Below are positions 41,037-54,993 of a stretch of DNA of 64,000 nt, piece after piece. The position numbers were made by a program, and so were the translations under genes. The stretch's first letter is position 1. Each line of letters opens with the position of its first letter. Source of the DNA: Octopus vulgaris (Eukaryota); contig OX597815.1 of NCBI GenBank assembly GCA_951406725.2, positions 108,066,001 through 108,130,000 of the forward strand. The letters are read 5' to 3'. The notes beneath the pieces are model-generated. The model saw only the letters and a program-made list of their open reading frames with translations. It was not told the origin of the DNA and did not search any database.

Positions 41037-42206
41037 AAACAATATCATACTTGTATTGTTATAAAGTTTATTTTGCAATCTCACGGTTTTGACATCTTGG
41101 AAGATTTCTTTTTCTCTGGTCAGAAGTTAACTAATACCTTGTGAGCTAAACTTAGTGAGTTGGAACTATACAGATACATGTCATGTGTGTGTCTATGTGT
41201 GTGTCTATGTGTGTGTCTATGTGTGTGTGTCTATGTGTGTGTGTGTGTGTATACATATGTGTATATATATCATCATCATCATTTGATGTCCATTTTCCAT
41301 GCTTGCACGGATTGGATGTTGTATAAAGTATAGCTATAATAATCTCAGTACATTTTGCCACTAACAAAACACTGCTGGAAATAACAGCCTAAACTCTCTT
41401 GAATTATACCCTACTGACTTTAAGAAGTGAAGTCATTACTGTCATCTTAGAACAACAGAGCAAAAAAAAAAATAACAAATAGCTGGGATGATTATTGCAG
41501 CAGTGCCAATTGATTATTTTTCTATTTGATTGGAGCAATCCTAGAGCTTAATAATAACAAAAACAACACCAACGCCAATAATGACAATAAGAAAATTATG
41601 AACAGCAGGAAGAAGTATATTCTTCAATAGTTGTTAATAAGCCATTGACTAATGGGAAAGAATTTTTATAAAATAACTCAGTTTGTCCAGCTGAATGTTT
41701 GTCAATTTGAATTAATCATAATGTTGATGGAATTCTCTTATTTCAAGTTATGAAGCTGTTCTGTTGTCTGGCTAATTGAATGACTGACAGAGAGAAAAGG
41801 AGAGAAAAATGCAAGAGAGAAATAACTTGAGAGGGAGAGAGAGAGATAGAGAAAAAAAATTAGAGAGAGATTGAGAAAAAAGAGAGAGAGGAAGGAGGGA
41901 GGGAGGGAGATATTGAGCGAAGCTGTGCGTGTGTTGATGAAATTGCCATGAGTGGTGTACCACTTCCTGTTACATTTAAATACATATTGAGAAAACCATT
42001 TAATGTAAAGTAACTTGTAATAAATCATCTTTCAATAGATTTCATATCCTTGCAAGGAAATAGGTTCACTCTCATAAACATACATATGCATACACAGCTA
42101 TAGCACTATTTTCATAAAATGTTCTGTACCATAAGATGAAAGTGCCTTGGACACTTTAATATTTTTGTTAATAAATACTATCTCCTCCTCCTCCTCCTCC
42201 TCCTCC

Positions 42207-42273
<67 letters not shown>

Positions 42274-42749
42274 CACCTCCTCCTCCTCCTCCACCTCTCT
42301 GAACCTCTGTTTTTCATGCTGGCATGGGCTGGAAGGTTTGACAAGAGCTGGTAAGGCTGGCAACCACACTAGACACCATTATCTGTTCTGGCATGGTTTT
42401 TAAGGGTGGATACCCTTCATAACGCAAACCACTTTACAGAGTATACTGCATGTTATTTACGTGGTACCACCACCCCATCCCACCCCCACCACCTTTGACG
42501 TGGCACCAACACCAGTGCTGTTTACATGGTACCAGCACCAGTGCTATTATGCCATTATCAGTGCATTATGTGTGGCATCATCACCATTGGTTTTTTTATG
42601 AGGCACCAGCACCACTGTATGAAATTGCTAAATCAGGTGAAACCTTCTCAAATCTGGAAACCAGTTATATCTATGTTGAATATGTATCTACCGATCTACT
42701 CTATGAGTTTGGAGAATCATCACCTGAGCTCTATTTTATTTTTGTGTGG

Positions 42750-42925
42750 GTATAGCTTAATTCATTGTTTCATGTATCCTCCAATGAGGAGGGAGCTGGT
42801 TTCCAACAAGGCTCTATCTTTGGGATGTAGTTAACATAGACAAATTCACATTTGGAATTTGAGAAAAGTCTTGCATATTTTTACTGTTCCACTCATAGAT
42901 TGCACTTGTAATGTACGAATGTAGC
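42750..42925 (-). mobile_element. R4/Dong 3' tip
   Basis: [24 protein letters not shown] plus 3' UTR nearly identical to 56215-56360. Confidence 0.85.
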
Positions 42926-42999
42926 CATGTATGTATGTATGTATGTATGTATGTATGTATGTATGTATGTATGTGTGTATTATGTATGTATGCATGCAT

Positions 43000-43900
43000 G
43001 GGTGTACAAAGGAGTGTATTGTACTTTGGAAACTCCACACACAGATCAAGGAACACCTACCCCAATCTACTTCCTTGCTCAACAAATACTTTGGTAAATG
43101 CCTGAATCATGAAGTAGTTACGTCCACCAAGCAAGTGACTGTAATATTGGTATCTTGAGAATCAAGGAAGCTATTCTCATCAAACAACATAAACCATAAA
43201 TCAACAATAGAACTGAACTGAATTGCACAAACTATCTCTTCTGACTACCTTACTTTGTTTATCTTTTACTTATTCATCTTTTCTCATGTTTCTTTAACTT
43301 ACTTCTCCCTCACATTCATCATATCATAACAATGTATTTTGTCATATTCCACAGTTTTCTCCTATCAATCCTATTAGAAAAAAAAAATTTCAAAATATCT
43401 TCCTTACAGACAAACCTCATCTTAAAGTTTAGCTACTGTTCAGTGACTTTTCCCACTAACCCTTTCAACACCCACATCAACTTGTCATACATCTCCTACT
43501 GCTACACTACACAGACTGTTGCAACTGTTACTATGTAACTCAACCAATCACAACTTCTAATACAGGAAATCAAACAATGCTTTCATCACATCACACTACG
43601 TCTCTTATTCTTTTTTCAATTTGAAAAGGTGAATGGCAAGGTATTTCTAAGCTCCAGCAGTAAGGAAGTCTAAATTGACTGATGTCCACCCCTCTGGACT
43701 TCAGAATAAGCCAGAACTTAAGTACAGAGCATTATATTAATTAATATATAAATGACAAAAGAACGGGAGCTATATAATCACATGAATTAGTTTAAATTTG
43801 TTTCCACTACAAGAAACTGTGTACTCAGCAGTGTGTGACAGTACAATATAGCTTCATCAGAGCCCTAACATGAAGTCTGATTCAGGCTCTGATGAAGCAG
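43000..43900 (+). mobile_element. Decayed PLE 3' part (GIY-YIG C-terminus, Poseidon-like) with CTGATGA-containing hairpin
   Basis: [10 protein letters not shown]...LRIKEAILIKQHKP*INNRTEL (43030-43222); gcttcatcagagcc..ggctCTGATGAagc hairpin at 43851-43898. Confidence 0.6.
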
Positions 43901-44691
43901 TAAGATGTCATACTATCAGTCACCTATGGTGGCACAGCTCTATATATAGGAAACTATTGTAAGTCAATAAATATATTTCTGTTACTCCTGTTCTTTTATA
44001 ATACATACTTGTATGTATGTATGTATGTATGTATGTATGTATGTATGTATGTATGTATGTATGTGTGTGTGTATGTGTGTATGTATGTATGTATGTATGT
44101 ATGTATGTATGTGTGTGTGTGTGTGTATGTATGAAAGCATGTATGTATGTGTGTATGTGTGTTTGTGTATGTGTGTATGCATTTATCTGCCCTTTTCTTT
44201 GCATTTGTATCACTTGGAAGGCAGTGATGCATTTTCCACAGGCTTAAACAAATAATCCAGCTGCTTGACCATTCATCATTGCAAAGACATTGAATAAAGT
44301 ACTTTACATGACAACAAGTAAGTCTTGGTGCCAGAAAGTCCATTTAGCTATAAAATTCTGCTTCAATAAGTGTTATTCAGCCCTTGACAGTACAGAAAAC
44401 ATGGTCATAAACAAGAAGGAAGATAATAACGATGAAGGTAATGCTGACCACGAGGATGCATATGTGTGTGTGTGTGTGTGTGTGTTTTATGCATAATTGC
44501 ATAAAGATTGCATAATTATGCATGCAGATAATCAATCATTAACTGAGTACGTACTCAAGGAATACATGTAAAAATATGAGATTTACTTTCACATGGAAAT
44601 GGTTGAAATTGAAGTTTTTGCTGCTGACTAGATTTGTGAGACATTCATGTTCATATATAAATGTGTCTATGTGTCTGTATGTATCTTTAGC

Positions 44692-45030
44692 TTTTACTTG
44701 TTTCAGTTACTTGACTGTGGTCTGGCTAGGGCACTGCCTTGAAGAGTTTTAATTGAGCAAATTGACCCCAGGACTTATTTTTTAAAGCCTAGTACCTATT
44801 CTATCGGCCTCTTTTGCTGAACCACTTAAGTAATAGGGAAATGAACAGACTAGCATCAGTTGTCAAGTGGTGGTGGTGGTGGTGGGACAAATATGTATGA
44901 CAGGCTTTTTTCAGTTTCTGACTACCTTGTTGGTCCAAGGTTGTTATAGAAGACAATTGCCCAAGGTACTACAATGGGACTGAACTCAGAACCATGTGGT
45001 TGGGAAGCAAGTTTCTTACCACACAGCTAC
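44692..45030 (-). mobile_element. tRNA-derived CORE-like SINE (older copy)
   Basis: Collinear with 17611-18023. Confidence 0.8.
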
Positions 45031-45329
45031 ATGTATATATTTTTTATTAATATTTAGCAAAAGATGTAAGGCAATGAACTGGTAGGATTGCTAGCATGCC
45101 AGACGAAATGTGTTGTGCAATTTCATCCATCTTTATATATATAGAAAGAGAGGAGATGCAAGTAGTATATGTCAATTGATGTATAATAAATGGGAATAAT
45201 GAATGCTTAGATCAGTTTACCACTAAAACTTCGGCTTGAAATACAAACGGGAATAAAGTGTTGAAATTGCCTGTCTAAGGTGGCTACAGGTGGTACCTGA
45301 TTTAGTGGGTATAAAAAAAAGACCCCCCC

Positions 45330-45660
45330 CCTTCTGTCATATATGACCATGGGATTGAACCTAGAAAGTTCCCCTCTGAGGCACAAGTCTGAGCAAAGTT
45401 ATTTATGAAAGACTTGCAGTCACCCATGCATACCATTCTCCTCTCTCCATGCCACTGACATTATCCAAGGGAAAGGCAAAGACCGATACAGCTTGGCACC
45501 AGTGATGTTGCAACTCATTTCTATAGCTGAATGAACTGAAGCAAAGTGAAATAAAGTGTCTTGCTCAAGAACACAACATACAGCCCAGTTTGAGAATCAA
45601 TCACACTACTTCGTGATTGTAAGCCTGATGCTCTAACCACTGAATCATACACCTTCACTT
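45330..45660 (-). mobile_element. tRNA-derived SINE
   Basis: Minus head gtgaaggtgtatgattcagtggttagagc, core tgttgtgttcttgagcaagacacttt shared with the 24866 family, different tail. Confidence 0.7.
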
Positions 45661-46633
45661 AGTGGGTATGAATAGATCAAAAATAGAAGACAAACAAAGC
45701 ATTTGGTGTTACTCAAGGATATTTGCTTCATAACTGCTCTATATTTATAGTTTATACTTTATATGCATGCTTTGCTTGTCTGTCTTCCATTTTTGATGTC
45801 TCTCTGTCTACCTATCTCTCTATCTATCTATATATTTAAGCTAAAAGCAATAAATACACATACCAACGGGAAACAGACACAGAGACACAGAAGGTCACCA
45901 ACTTACCATCAGTTATCAACCAGAGGGGCAAACACAATTTCACACCTTAACGATAACATTGCATCTCCGTTTGGTGGTGCTGATGGCAAAAATGCTGCTA
46001 GGGATTAGCAAGCCAAACAATAAGACAGAAAATGAACAACCAGACAGGATCTAACAGATTATAATGCAATATAGAAAGTTAACATATGAATATGGAGTAA
46101 ATATAATTCAAGACGACACAGTGAGTGGTCAGACAAGGGACAGAGATGAAAATAAACAGGATGACTGGGCATATGAAAGAACTGAAATAAATAAACAAAC
46201 AAAAATAAGGCCTTAGAGCCGGATAGGAGATGAAAATAGTCAATGCTGGGAGAATATCCGAAAGGATTAACAGAGGGACAGTGAAAGGTGAATACAGTGT
46301 GAGATGAGAGAAAATGCAACTGCATGCCTGGGGAGCCAGTGTCAAATAGAAGAAGCTAGGATGGTGACTACAGGTCACATGTCTGTCGTAGGGGGAGGTA
46401 AGGTAGTAGAAGGCAGAAAGCAGAGAGGGACAGCAGAAGAACATGACAGATAGCAACATAGAAGGAAGGGAGAGAGAGAAAGAGAGAGAGAGAGAGATGT
46501 TTATGTTGTTTTGCAAGATTCTTAATGTGAAATTGTGTGTTGAAACAGATATTGTTATATTTGGGTATGGTCATTTTTTCTCTATTGGCAAAAAGGAAAG
46601 GGAAATTATCAACCCCAAATATAACTATAAAAC

Positions 46634-46705
<72 letters not shown>

Positions 46706-47959
46706 TATACATGTGTAGTGGTCATTAAACAGCTGTCGAATTGTACTCCATCTTACTTTTATCTCTATTTATTCTTTCATTTATATATATATATATATAT
46801 ATGTATGTATATATAAATGATATATAAAGTTTCATGTTTGTACATATACATATATACACATACACACACAATGTATATTTATACAAACAAGTGGGTGAGT
46901 ATGTGTTTATGACATGACAAAGGATGCATACTCAGTGACATTGACATACATACATGATATAACTTTAGGTCTTGTTCATAACTGTAGTTCACATGGCTAC
47001 AAGATACTACGTACTCAACAAGTTCCCCATCTTCTGCATAACTGACTGTTTTATCATTTGTAACACTGTCACTAAAATAACTGAGGCTTTGAAGGCACTA
47101 GATACTGATTGCTATATTCAAATAGAAGCTGCTGGAGATGGTGTAATAGATTTCAGGCAGATTCCATGCTAGAACCAATTAATCAATGGAAATGAATGCT
47201 GCAGAAATCGTTTGCTTCTGCAACCCCACAAAACCTACACCAACGCCAACACCAACAAATTCTGCCACTACACACAATCCTAGAGAAATTATTGTACATA
47301 TAGAGTGTGAGAAGCAGGGACAATGGATGGAAGAGTCGGTTGGTGGGGCTGGGAGTAAAATAGATTGGAGAATAGGAGGATAAAACTGATTTACGGCTAT
47401 TTTCCTTATCAGCTTATCAGCTCTGATTTTTACAGAATACAAGACAATGGGAGAAAGATTTTGGCTCTATACTGAATTGAATAAAAGCATTACACCCCAC
47501 CACACACACACGGATACATGCACACATGCACACACATCTGCTTACATATATACACACACACATCTGCTTACATGTATATACACACACACATATATGTCTG
47601 TATACATGTGTATATACATACATATATGCTTACATATATGCATACATAAATACATGCATACATACTTGCTTACTGACACTCACATCCACACTGGCTGCAA
47701 CTCAATTTTGAACAATGCTGTTGCTTGATTGTTTTCTTAAATGTAAACAGCATAAACATGGCTTTTCAGTCCTGCTATGGACTTATACATTTTTCTACAG
47801 ATGTTTCAATATTGGGCACCTCTTGCATAGATGTTATGATATAGTTTTGGTGAACCTTCGTATGATGTTTCTCCCCAGCATCTGATATGCATGCTCTTTT
47901 TCTCCACCACTTGCAAATAGAGAAACTGTGAAATTCATAGTTAACAATTTCCCTGTGTG

Positions 47960-48430
47960 TGTGTGGCTCCTTTGATGACATTTAAGGCCTGTTTTACTTA
48001 AAAAACAACATGCCCACGCTTGTTATATGTTAAATTATGATGTACACCAATACAGTTGAGCAAAATTCACATCAAGACCCTTATGAACATCTCCCTTGAG
48101 CTGTTCATGCTTGATATAATTTTGTTCAAACTCTGTCTTCTCATCATGGACTGCTTTCTTCTGTGATGGATGATCGAGAACAAAGAATTCTCATCCAGCT
48201 TGATGAGATTTTGACCTTCTCCAGTATAATCTTGATGCAGTTCTTATACCTTAATTTTTGTTTGCTGGTCTCTTACTCTGGACTAGCTCACCATACAGAA
48301 ACTGTTTGAGGACCCAATTGTCTTCAATCCTCATCATATGACCACTCCATCATAATTGGTACTGAAGGCTGAAGACTCTATATTAGTTAACTACCTGCAT
48401 TTAAGGGCGTCAGCATCACCTACGTGTTTG
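47960..48430 (-). pseudogene. Old RTE (BovB-like) C-terminal remnant with terminal C2H2-like finger
   Basis: L*WSGHMMRIEDNWVLKQFLYGELVQSKRP../KLRYKNCIK and FLSKTGLKCHQRSH. Confidence 0.75.
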
Positions 48431-49313
48431 CCACACACTTTGTATAGTTGGGCCATCAGTAACTAAGTCAGCAGACCTACAAAACCTTCTTGGTAAGGAG
48501 AAGGGTTTTTGTTGGACATTCTGCAGGACAAAAACCAGAATTTTGTTCTCCAACCTCTCTTCTTCACCTCTACCCCACCTCACTAGTTCTTACTCCCCAC
48601 ACTTCAGTCAAATATAATATAAGATATTGATAAGACATGTCAAGCTCAGCAGAATCGCTGTCTTCCATGCATACAGGCTTGTCCTTTTAGGTGCCTGTGC
48701 CACTTAAAAAGCATCTGTGCTGCTGTTGTGTTAATGCACCTGTGCCAATGCTGCATGAATGCACCTGTGCTGATGACATGTAAAAAGCACCTGGCACAAT
48801 CTGTCAAGTGGTTGGCATTAGGAAGGACATCCAGGCATAGAAAACATGTCACAACAGACAGTTGGAGTCTGGACAGTTCCCTGTTAGCCAGCTCCATGTC
48901 AAACCTTCCAACCCATGCCAGCATGGGAAGCAGACATTAAATGAGGATGATGATAGCTGGGGGAAAATTTTTGGTACCTTTTGCATGCAGGTCGCTGAAT
49001 TAAAAGGAGCCAATCCAAGGAGCATAACTCGAATGGGCTAAATGAGGTAGTTATGTTCCTTTTGTTCTTATGGTTTTGGTCAATGCTTTTTCATCCAAGA
49101 ATTTTATTCTGTTTGTTTTTTTTAACAACACAGACTCATGAACCAGAAATAACATTTTCAAAAATTTTATTAGAAAAGAGTCCAGGTCATACTTTTTCAT
49201 TCTTCAGTATTTGAAGATTGGTGAACTTGCTTCTCCTGTTTTTGGCATGAAACCATTTGGTAGTATATAGGCTGAGTCTATAATATTATATGAAAGATAA
49301 TAAATATACTTTT

Positions 49314-49347
<34 letters not shown>

Positions 49348-49458
49348 GCTGATGCTGCTGATGCTACTGCTACTGCTGCTGCTGTTACTGCTGCTGCTAC
49401 TACTATATATATATATATATATATTTAAAGAGAGAGAAAGAGACAGATTGATCGATGA

Positions 49459-49517
<59 letters not shown>

Positions 49518-49950
49518 TAATTATATCTATGATTATGTCTGTCCATCTGTGTGTATATATATATATATATACAAAGTGAGATGGGAGAGGTGGAAAATAG
49601 GAATAGTAGATAAAGGTGACAGAAAGAGGAACTGCTCCAGACACATAGCTCAACATAGCTCTGAGATTGTGACAGAGAAAAGTAATAAAAGTAACTAGAC
49701 ATATAGACTGAGGGAAAAAGAGATGGCAGGGAGGGAGAGAATGTGTGTGTGTGTGTGTGTGCATGAAAGATAGCTAGAACATGAGACTGGAACAGTGAAT
49801 TTAGAATTGTGAAATTGTAGAGTTTCATTTAAACAAATAATGAAACCACCCAATATTTGTTTGATTTGTAAATTCAATAATAAATAACAAGAAAATTAAG
49901 TAAGAAACATAGACAACAACCAGCCAGTTATAGTTGTTCATATGAATATA

Positions 49951-51225
49951 TTGGGTTGTCCGGAAAGTTCATGCCGATTTATAGTAGCTTACCTTTCAAC
50001 TTATTTTAGAACATGGTTGAGTCCATAAAATAGAATTTGACTACACCTCCATTTAGAGCACAGTTTAAGCTATCTTTTTGTGGAAGAAGGTTTATGTTCC
50101 TACAACCTGTGTTAATTCCGTAACCCTTTAAAATGGAAGATAAGAAAGTTCATTTTCAGCACTTGATGCTTTTCTTTTTCTGTAATGGGAAAAATGCCTC
50201 ACAAGCAACCAAAAAATATGCGCAGTTTATGGTAATATTTCTTTATCCAAAGAAACTATACAGAAGTGGTTTGTAAGGTTCCAAGCTGAAGATTGTAGCC
50301 TTATTGATAAAGAGTGATCAGGCAGACCATCCACAACAGATAATGACCAAATCCAGTCATTAATTGAGAATAACCCACATTGCACAACCTGAGAATTGGC
50401 AGAAAGCCTCAACCTATCAAAATCCATCGTTCATGAGCACCTGGTAAAGCTTGGGTACACAAATTGCTAGGATGTTTGGATACCACATTAGTTGAGTGAG
50501 AAGAACCTTTTGGATCACATTTCCATGTGTGATTCGCTTTATAAACGGTATGAAAAAGCGCTTTTTTTAAAGCAAATTGTGACAGGTGATCAGAAATGGA
50601 TTATCTACCGAAATGTTCCGAGAAAGCGATCCTGGAGTAAGCGACATGAGCCACCCTAAGCCACCCCAGAAGCGGATCTTCACTCTAAAAATGTCTTGTT
50701 TTGTGTCTGGTGGGATTGGAAAGGAATTCTGTTCTATGAGCTTCTCCCAAGTAACCAGACAATTAATTCTGAGAAATACTGCGCACAACTTGATGAGTTA
50801 AAAGCAGCAATTCAAGAGAAATGTCCAGAATTGGCCAACAGGAAAGGTGTTTGTTTTCCAACATGATAATGCAAGACCGCATGTTTCTTCAGGAACCAGA
50901 CAAAAATTGCTGCAGCTTGGCAGGGATGTGTTGCCCAACCCTCCATATTAACCAGATATTGCTCTTTCGGTTTTCCACTTATTCAGGTCTGTGCAGAATA
51001 GTCTTAATGGTAAAAATTTCAATTCCTTGGATGACGTAAAAAGATGAATTCTTTGCCATGAAACCAGCTCAATTCTGGGAAGAGGGTATTTTCAAGTTAA
51101 AGGAAAGCTGGAGACACATTGTGCAACAAAATGGTTCATATTTGGTTGATTAAAAATGTAATAGCAAGTATTTATTGAGCTTTTTCTTCCCTTAAAAATC
51201 GGCATGAACTTTCCAGACAACCCAA
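49951..51225 (+). mobile_element. Full-length mariner transposon (1275 bp, mellifera-like), TA TSD
   Basis: 30-bp TIR ttgggttgtc(c/t)ggaaagttcatgccgattt (29/30), flanked by TA. Confidence 0.95.
50133..51153 (+). pseudogene. Mariner transposase with stops and frameshifts
   Basis: MEDKKVHFQH, VWIPH*L, IVTGDQKW, CVWWDWKG, QHDNARPH, PPY*PDIA, QNGSYLVD*. Confidence 0.92.
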
Positions 51226-51632
51226 TATATTTTACTTTCGTTTATTCTTGCTATTAATACTAACTCCAGAGGGTGAGATATTATAAACCTAAAATGTAAA
51301 TGTGCATAAATATAATCCTTTAAACCTCAAATGTTAATATTCTAAAACACTTTTATGTCAATGGAACATATTAAATAGACTCATACGATTTCTGATTTGA
51401 TATTTTTATTGTCATCTTGTAGAATTTTGCTGTTGCTACTTTGTGGTTGACAACAGATGGAAATGTGTTCCTACAAGAAGTCAATACTTGCAGACACTGC
51501 CATAACATTAGGAAAGAGAGAAAGAGGGAAGGCGGAAGGGAGTTTCTATATTAATAAACTATTAACTCTGCTGGAATAGACAGCATATATTATGAATAAC
51601 TGAGTGTTCAAATATCCCTCTGAATCTTTGTC

Positions 51633-51668
<36 letters not shown>

Positions 51669-52002
51669 ACAAACATGTTCACACAGACACACACTCTCGC
51701 ACACAAACTCACACACATAAACAAGCATCTACACACACTTACATACAGCTGTACAATGTGTATGCATGGGAATATATGAATGTGAATTTATGTGAAATCT
51801 GTTATCTTTGTGTAATCAGATACATGTATAGATACACACATACAGGCATGCACAATACACAAACACTCACATGCCTATGTATATATGTATGTATATAATA
51901 TATACATGCATACAATATAAATATGTATATCTATCTATCTGTCTGCCTATCTGTCTGCCTGCCTGTCTACCTGCTTGCTTGTCTGTTTGTCTGTCTGTCA
52001 GT

Positions 52003-52035
<33 letters not shown>

Positions 52036-52069
52036 ACTAACTATCTATCTATATCTGTCTTTATATCTG

Positions 52070-52169
<100 letters not shown>

Positions 52170-52223
52170 CATCTATCTATCTATCTATCTATCTAACTAT
52201 CTAACTATCTGTCTTTATATCTG

Positions 52224-52266
<43 letters not shown>

Positions 52267-52514
52267 TTATCTATACACACACACACATACATGCACATGC
52301 ACATGCACACACACATACATGCACACATACACACATACATGTATGCACTTACATGCTTTATATACATAACCATGTAGTTTTGGGGGTTGATCCCATAGCA
52401 TGGCATCCCGAGCAAGTACTTTATATCATAGCTTTGGGTTGCTCAATTCTTTGTTAGGTGGATTTTAGTAGGTGAAAATCATATGGAAGCTTGTCATATT
52501 TATGTATGCATGTA

Positions 52515-52790
52515 TGTTTGTGTGCAAAATGTGAAAAAGTTTGCAAGTCAGCTTCAGATGTGCAAAGACATACGGCAATCATACTCAAAACTCATATCCC
52601 ACAAAGTGACCCAATCAATCCAGTGGGAGTTACAACGTTTGCCTGTTATCAGTGCTTCAAACCATGTAGATCTGCAGTTTAACTGAATAGTCAACTGAAA
52701 GGTCATGGACAGACTGTCAGAAATGTCACTGATGATGAAAAAGCACAGACAGAGAGCAATCATCTGTGAAGATGGAACAACAATCAACAT
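52515..52790 (+). mobile_element. RTE-type 3' end with two degenerate C2H2 fingers
   Basis: CAKCEKVCKSASDVQRH and CYQCFKPCRSAV*LNSQLKGH; no TGEKP linkers. Confidence 0.55.
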
Positions 52791-52896
52791 ATAATGTAAG
52801 CATGCATGCATGGATGTACACATTTATGCATATCTTCATGTATACATGCATGTGTCAATTAATATATATGCATGTATGGTTGTAATAAATTAAGTA

Positions 52897-53187
52897 TTTG
52901 CCAGACATTGCCTATCTGATTATCATTTATTCCACAGTCTTCAAAATCATTTGGACGGAAAAAATACGAATTCTGAAGACAAGGTCAGAACAGGACTGGA
53001 GGAGTATCTTTCATCATGGACAAGTGAATTTTGGAAGAGGGGCCTTGCATATCTACCAGATAGATGAAAGAGCATTGTAGAAAATGAAGGAAAGTATATT
53101 TTAGATTAAAAAAGAACTTTGTTTATCTTAATTTTGAAAAATAAAAGAAGTATGAAAAAACTGCATTATTTATGGGATGACCCAATA
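52897..53187 (+). mobile_element. Mariner 3' fragment with TIR
   Basis: SDYHLFHSLQNHLDGK...EFWKRGLAYLPDR*KSIVENEGKYILD*; ends cattatttatgggatgacccaa-TA. Confidence 0.85.
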
Positions 53188-53357
53188 TAAACTGATATGC
53201 ATAATGGTATGAGTTTGAAAACCTGACAATTCTATATTCCTCCTAAGATGTTAGACACTGGCCTATTGAGATTAATTTTGCAGTAATAATAAATTGATAT
53301 GGGCATTATACTTAATATTTATTTATTCCGTGCCAACGTAAAATATGCAACAACAAA

Positions 53358-53563
53358 TATGAAGTTCAGCTGAAAAGCTCATAGGCTGACCAAGATACTC
53401 TCATGAAATGTGACTAAATAAGGTTTATTTTTCAACACAGTTCCCTTTTCAGTCCACACACTTCTTCCATCAGTGTTGCAGTGCTTGAAATGCATGCAAT
53501 ATTTCACAGCTCTAGCATCATCCCTTCATAGTCAGCCTATAAACTTTTCGTCTGACCCTTGTA
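53358..53563. mobile_element. Mariner-type MITE (~200 bp)
   Basis: Imperfect TIRs tatgaagttcagctgaaaagctcataggctgac / gtcagcctataaacttttcgtctgacccttgta. Confidence 0.7.
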
Positions 53564-54504
53564 TCGCATTATTTATATGCATAGATTTTGTATCACATTT
53601 TGTGAAGCACAGCCTCATTAGTTATGGCTTCCAGTAAAACAATAGCTGGTTCTGTCCATTTCAAATGACAAGGTTTGTGATAATTCACAAGAGTACAAAT
53701 ATATAATGAGTTATGAATAAACAGATATGGAGCCAAATCTATATATTAATAAATTTTGTCTAAGCAATGCAAAATCAAAGGTATCTAAGATTTGGATTGC
53801 ATTGACTGAGATAAAATTCAAAATAAGCAATATTATGAGAACAAACAAAAAGAAAATACATTGATAGTGTCATAAGAAAAAGAAATGTGTTATGTTTTGT
53901 GCAGGAAACTCTTTGACATGATAAGGGAGATAGAAAAAAAGTAGAAGTTAAGAAAATGATTGCAATTGAAAGAATATAATTTGCAAATGGGGAAATAAGA
54001 GTAGAGTGTGTATGTGTGTTTGTGTATGTACATAAATACACACACACACACACACAAATATATATATGAAGTGTGAATTATACCATTAGACATGATTATG
54101 TAAAAGTGTTAGTTTGTCATCTTTTATAATGTGATGGCAACATAGCTCTGAGATTTGATAACTTTATACTTTATCTGCTTTTGTAGGATACTACTGTTTC
54201 AGAACTATGTTCTGTGATGAAAATTACTGTAAACTCACTCTTTTAGTAATCTTTAGTTTTGTCAGCTACAAGGCTTGATTCTAAGTCGATAAAAAAGGAA
54301 TTATGTGGTCACTTGGCTTGATACAAATTGTGGACAAATTTAACATTAAACCATAACCTACCATCTTATAAAAGATAATATCTGAGACTAAACATTAATT
54401 GCTGAAAACAAGGGCATAATGACCAGAGAGAGAAAACATTTATTTAAAGCTGTGCACAGTAAGAACCAAACTGAGACTAGATAACCACAACAAAGATTCT
54501 GTAA

Positions 54505-54785
54505 CATATTTTAGAGATGAAGAATTCTGTACATTATTTACATTATTTACATTGGATGAATTTGTCATCATCTTGTTTGTTGTTATCATGTTCAGCTGAT
54601 TTACTCTCCAGCCTTCATCAGGTGTCCTGATAGAATTTTGAACCCAACCTTGGATTCTCATTCTTAAAGTATTTCTTACTGGTGTTGTTATTATTATTAT
54701 TATTTCTTCAAGGCACTTCCTGGAATTGAACTCAGAATCTTGGGGTTAGTAGCCTATACTCTTAACCATTACACTACATGCCTTA

Positions 54786-54834
<49 letters not shown>

Positions 54835-54993
54835 TCAGCAAAAAAATACCTTAGGAATGAGAACCCAGTGTTGGGTTCAAAATTCTACCAGGACACCTGA
54901 TGAAGGCTGGAGAGTAAATCAGCCAAAATGTTGTGGTAACAACAAACGAAATGAGGACACAAATCTGTCCAATGTAAATAATGTAAATAATGT
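54505..54993 (-). mobile_element. tRNA-headed, hammerhead-bearing element plus inverted partial copy; 13-bp TSD
   Basis: TSD aaagattctgtaa at 54492-54504 and 54994-55006; arms ~54530-54700 and ~54790-54993; tRNA-like head 54782->54709. Confidence 0.85.
54893..54935 (+). ncRNA. Decayed minimal type I hammerhead ribozyme-like motif
   Basis: cac-CTGATGA-a-GGCTG(gagagtaaat)CAGCC-aAAAt-GTT-gtg; aaaat is explainable as GAAAC after CpG decay (inference). Confidence 0.6.

Noticed and set aside
52491-52710. Possible host C2H2 zinc-finger gene of the expanded octopus family
   Set aside because: No TGEKP linkers, an in-frame stop, and spacing typical of RTE C-terminal fingers.
54709-54782. Functional tRNA gene
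   Set aside because: The acceptor and T stems do not pair properly, and it sits inside a TSD-flanked repeat; treated as a SINE head.
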